Shown here piece by piece: positions 62,704-64,000 of a stretch of DNA of 64,000 nt. Under the pieces are notes generated by a model that was not told where the DNA came from, did no database searches, and was given only the letters and a program-made list of their open reading frames with translations. Positions within the stretch are counted from its first letter, which is position 1, and each line of letters starts with the position of its first letter. Origin of the DNA: Guillardia theta CCMP2712 (Eukaryota; Protista; Cryptophyta); the NCBI RefSeq assembly GCF_000315625.1, contig NW_005434640.1, positions 492,822-556,821 on the forward strand. Direction: 5' to 3'. A program made the position numbers and the translations under genes.

Positions 62704-63832
62704 GCTCCCGCTCCTGCTTCTGCTCCTGCTGCTCCCGCTCCTGCTTCTGCTCCTCTGACACGCAGAGGGCAGGCCTGATGATCATCGTCACACTCGACTC
62801 CTTCGCAGCGGATGAAGAGACTCGGGATGCAAGGAAGGCTCTGGTGCAGAGAGTACAAGTGAGCGAAGCCTCTCCTCCCCTCCCCTACTTCTCCTTCTGG
62901 CCCTCTGCCTCCTCCTTCCTTGCTTCTTGTCCTTGTCTTGCTCCTCCTCCTCCTTCCCGTCCTTCTCCTCGCCATCCTCTTCCACCTCTTCCTGCTCCTC
63001 CTAGTATTGACCTCTGGGCCAGCTGCTTGTCAAGATGTGCGACAAGATCAAGTCGAGGGTGGAGCAGGAGGCCGAGGAATTTGTGGTCAAGGACCCCCCG
63101 CATGTCAAAGTCGCAAGAGTCGTCGCCTCGTTCGTTCGCGTCCTCCTTGCTAGGTCCCTCCCTCGTTCTGTTCTTGTCTTCTTCCTCCCCTACTTCTCTC
63201 TCCTCTCCCTCTTCTCCCTCCTCTACCTCTTCCTCTACCCCTTCTCCCTCCTCTACCTCTGTCTCTGCCCCTTCTCCCTCCTCTACCTCTTTCTCTGCCC
63301 TCTTGTCTCTCGTTCCTCCATGTACCTACCTATCACCCATCCTCCTCCTTTTCCCCTCTCCCCTCTCCCCTCCCCCCCTCCTTCTATCTGGACTTGCTCC
63401 TGCTCACCGACGAGGTGCTGACTGCCTGGCAGGAGGAGGGAGCTTCTCGCCCTCTGCTGCGGTCTGGCCTCCATGAAGTTCGTGCAGGCAGAAGGGGGAA
63501 TCGAACCTGCGAGCTTGAGGATCGAGCATCTCCTCCTGGACGCCCAAGACATCCTCTCGGTTCACGTTGGAAAACTTCAGGTTGCCATCCCCTCTCCTCC
63601 TCCTCCTCTGCGTCCTCCTCCGCGTCCTCCTCCGCGTCCTCCTCCGCGTCTTCCTCCTCGTCCTCCTCCTCCTCCTCCTGCCCTCTTCCTCCTCCTGCCC
63701 TGCTACTCCTTCTGCCCTGCTACTCCTTCTGCCTCTGCCTCACCCCTGACCCTCCTCCGGCTCCTCCTACCGCTTGTCTCGTCATCTAACACTTTCTTAG
63801 AGGAGCTGGTTCCCTACCATGGAGCAATATAA
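60989..63832 (+). CDS. TPR + BAG domain co-chaperone, probably with an N-terminal signal/presequence (termini uncertain)
   Basis: Carboxylate-clamp TPRs (ARAIKEEGNELWKEGEYELAAQKFTEAL; CMNNLAACNVK; KARLRRGAA) and a BAG-like triple helix (IEVLEERVAEL...VELSEL|GLMIIVTLDSFAADEETRDARKALVQRVQ|..CDKIK). Confidence 0.75.
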
Positions 63833-64000
63833 GGCATCTCGGAGTATGGGGGCCAAGTAAGAAATTGCCGCATCCTCCCTCCCCTTCTCCTCCTCCTCCC
63901 TCCTCCCTCCGTCCCCTCTCCCTGGTGCTGCTGCTGCTGCTCCTCCTCCTCCTCCCCTTCTCCTCCTCCTCCTCCTCCTTCCTTTCGCCCCCCCCCTCCC

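Noticed and set aside
63485-63560. GGGGGAATCGAACC resembles a reverse-strand tRNA T-loop (GGTTCGATTCC)
   Set aside because: The T-stem does not pair (GCAGG vs CCCCC), no cloverleaf can be built, and the region looks coding on the + strand.

Overview
Eukaryotic, gene-dense genomic scaffold with many short (~40-60 nt) spliceosomal introns, purine/pyrimidine low-complexity tracts and three assembly gaps. The style suggests a cryptophyte alga such as Guillardia (inference only). About 20 protein genes can be reconstructed by hand-splicing: GPAT-like acyltransferase (5' partial), RPL30, a ~67-aa microprotein, a sulfotransferase, a membrane-anchored pepsin-family protease, TIPIN/Swi3, a DUF676 esterase, bacterial-type RNase HII, an inverted pair of near-identical unknown genes, a WD40 protein, glucosidase II alpha, a TTLL tubulin ligase, a TMEM68-like acyltransferase, an unorthodox aquaporin-like protein, a giant HECT E3 ligase, a PDZ protein, an EF-hand protein and a TPR-BAG co-chaperone. 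The most striking observation is that the aspartic protease (7162-8871) appears circularly permuted: the segment that normally carries the first catalytic DTGS sits at the C-terminus, after the usual end of the pepsin fold. Other leads are a PA domain inserted at the front of the HECT domain, a TPR-BAG protein with an out-of-frame signal/LRGG presequence, a p25alpha-like tail on the TTLL, and two families of recurring intergenic elements. Exon boundaries were read by eye and some termini are approximate. No database searches were run.
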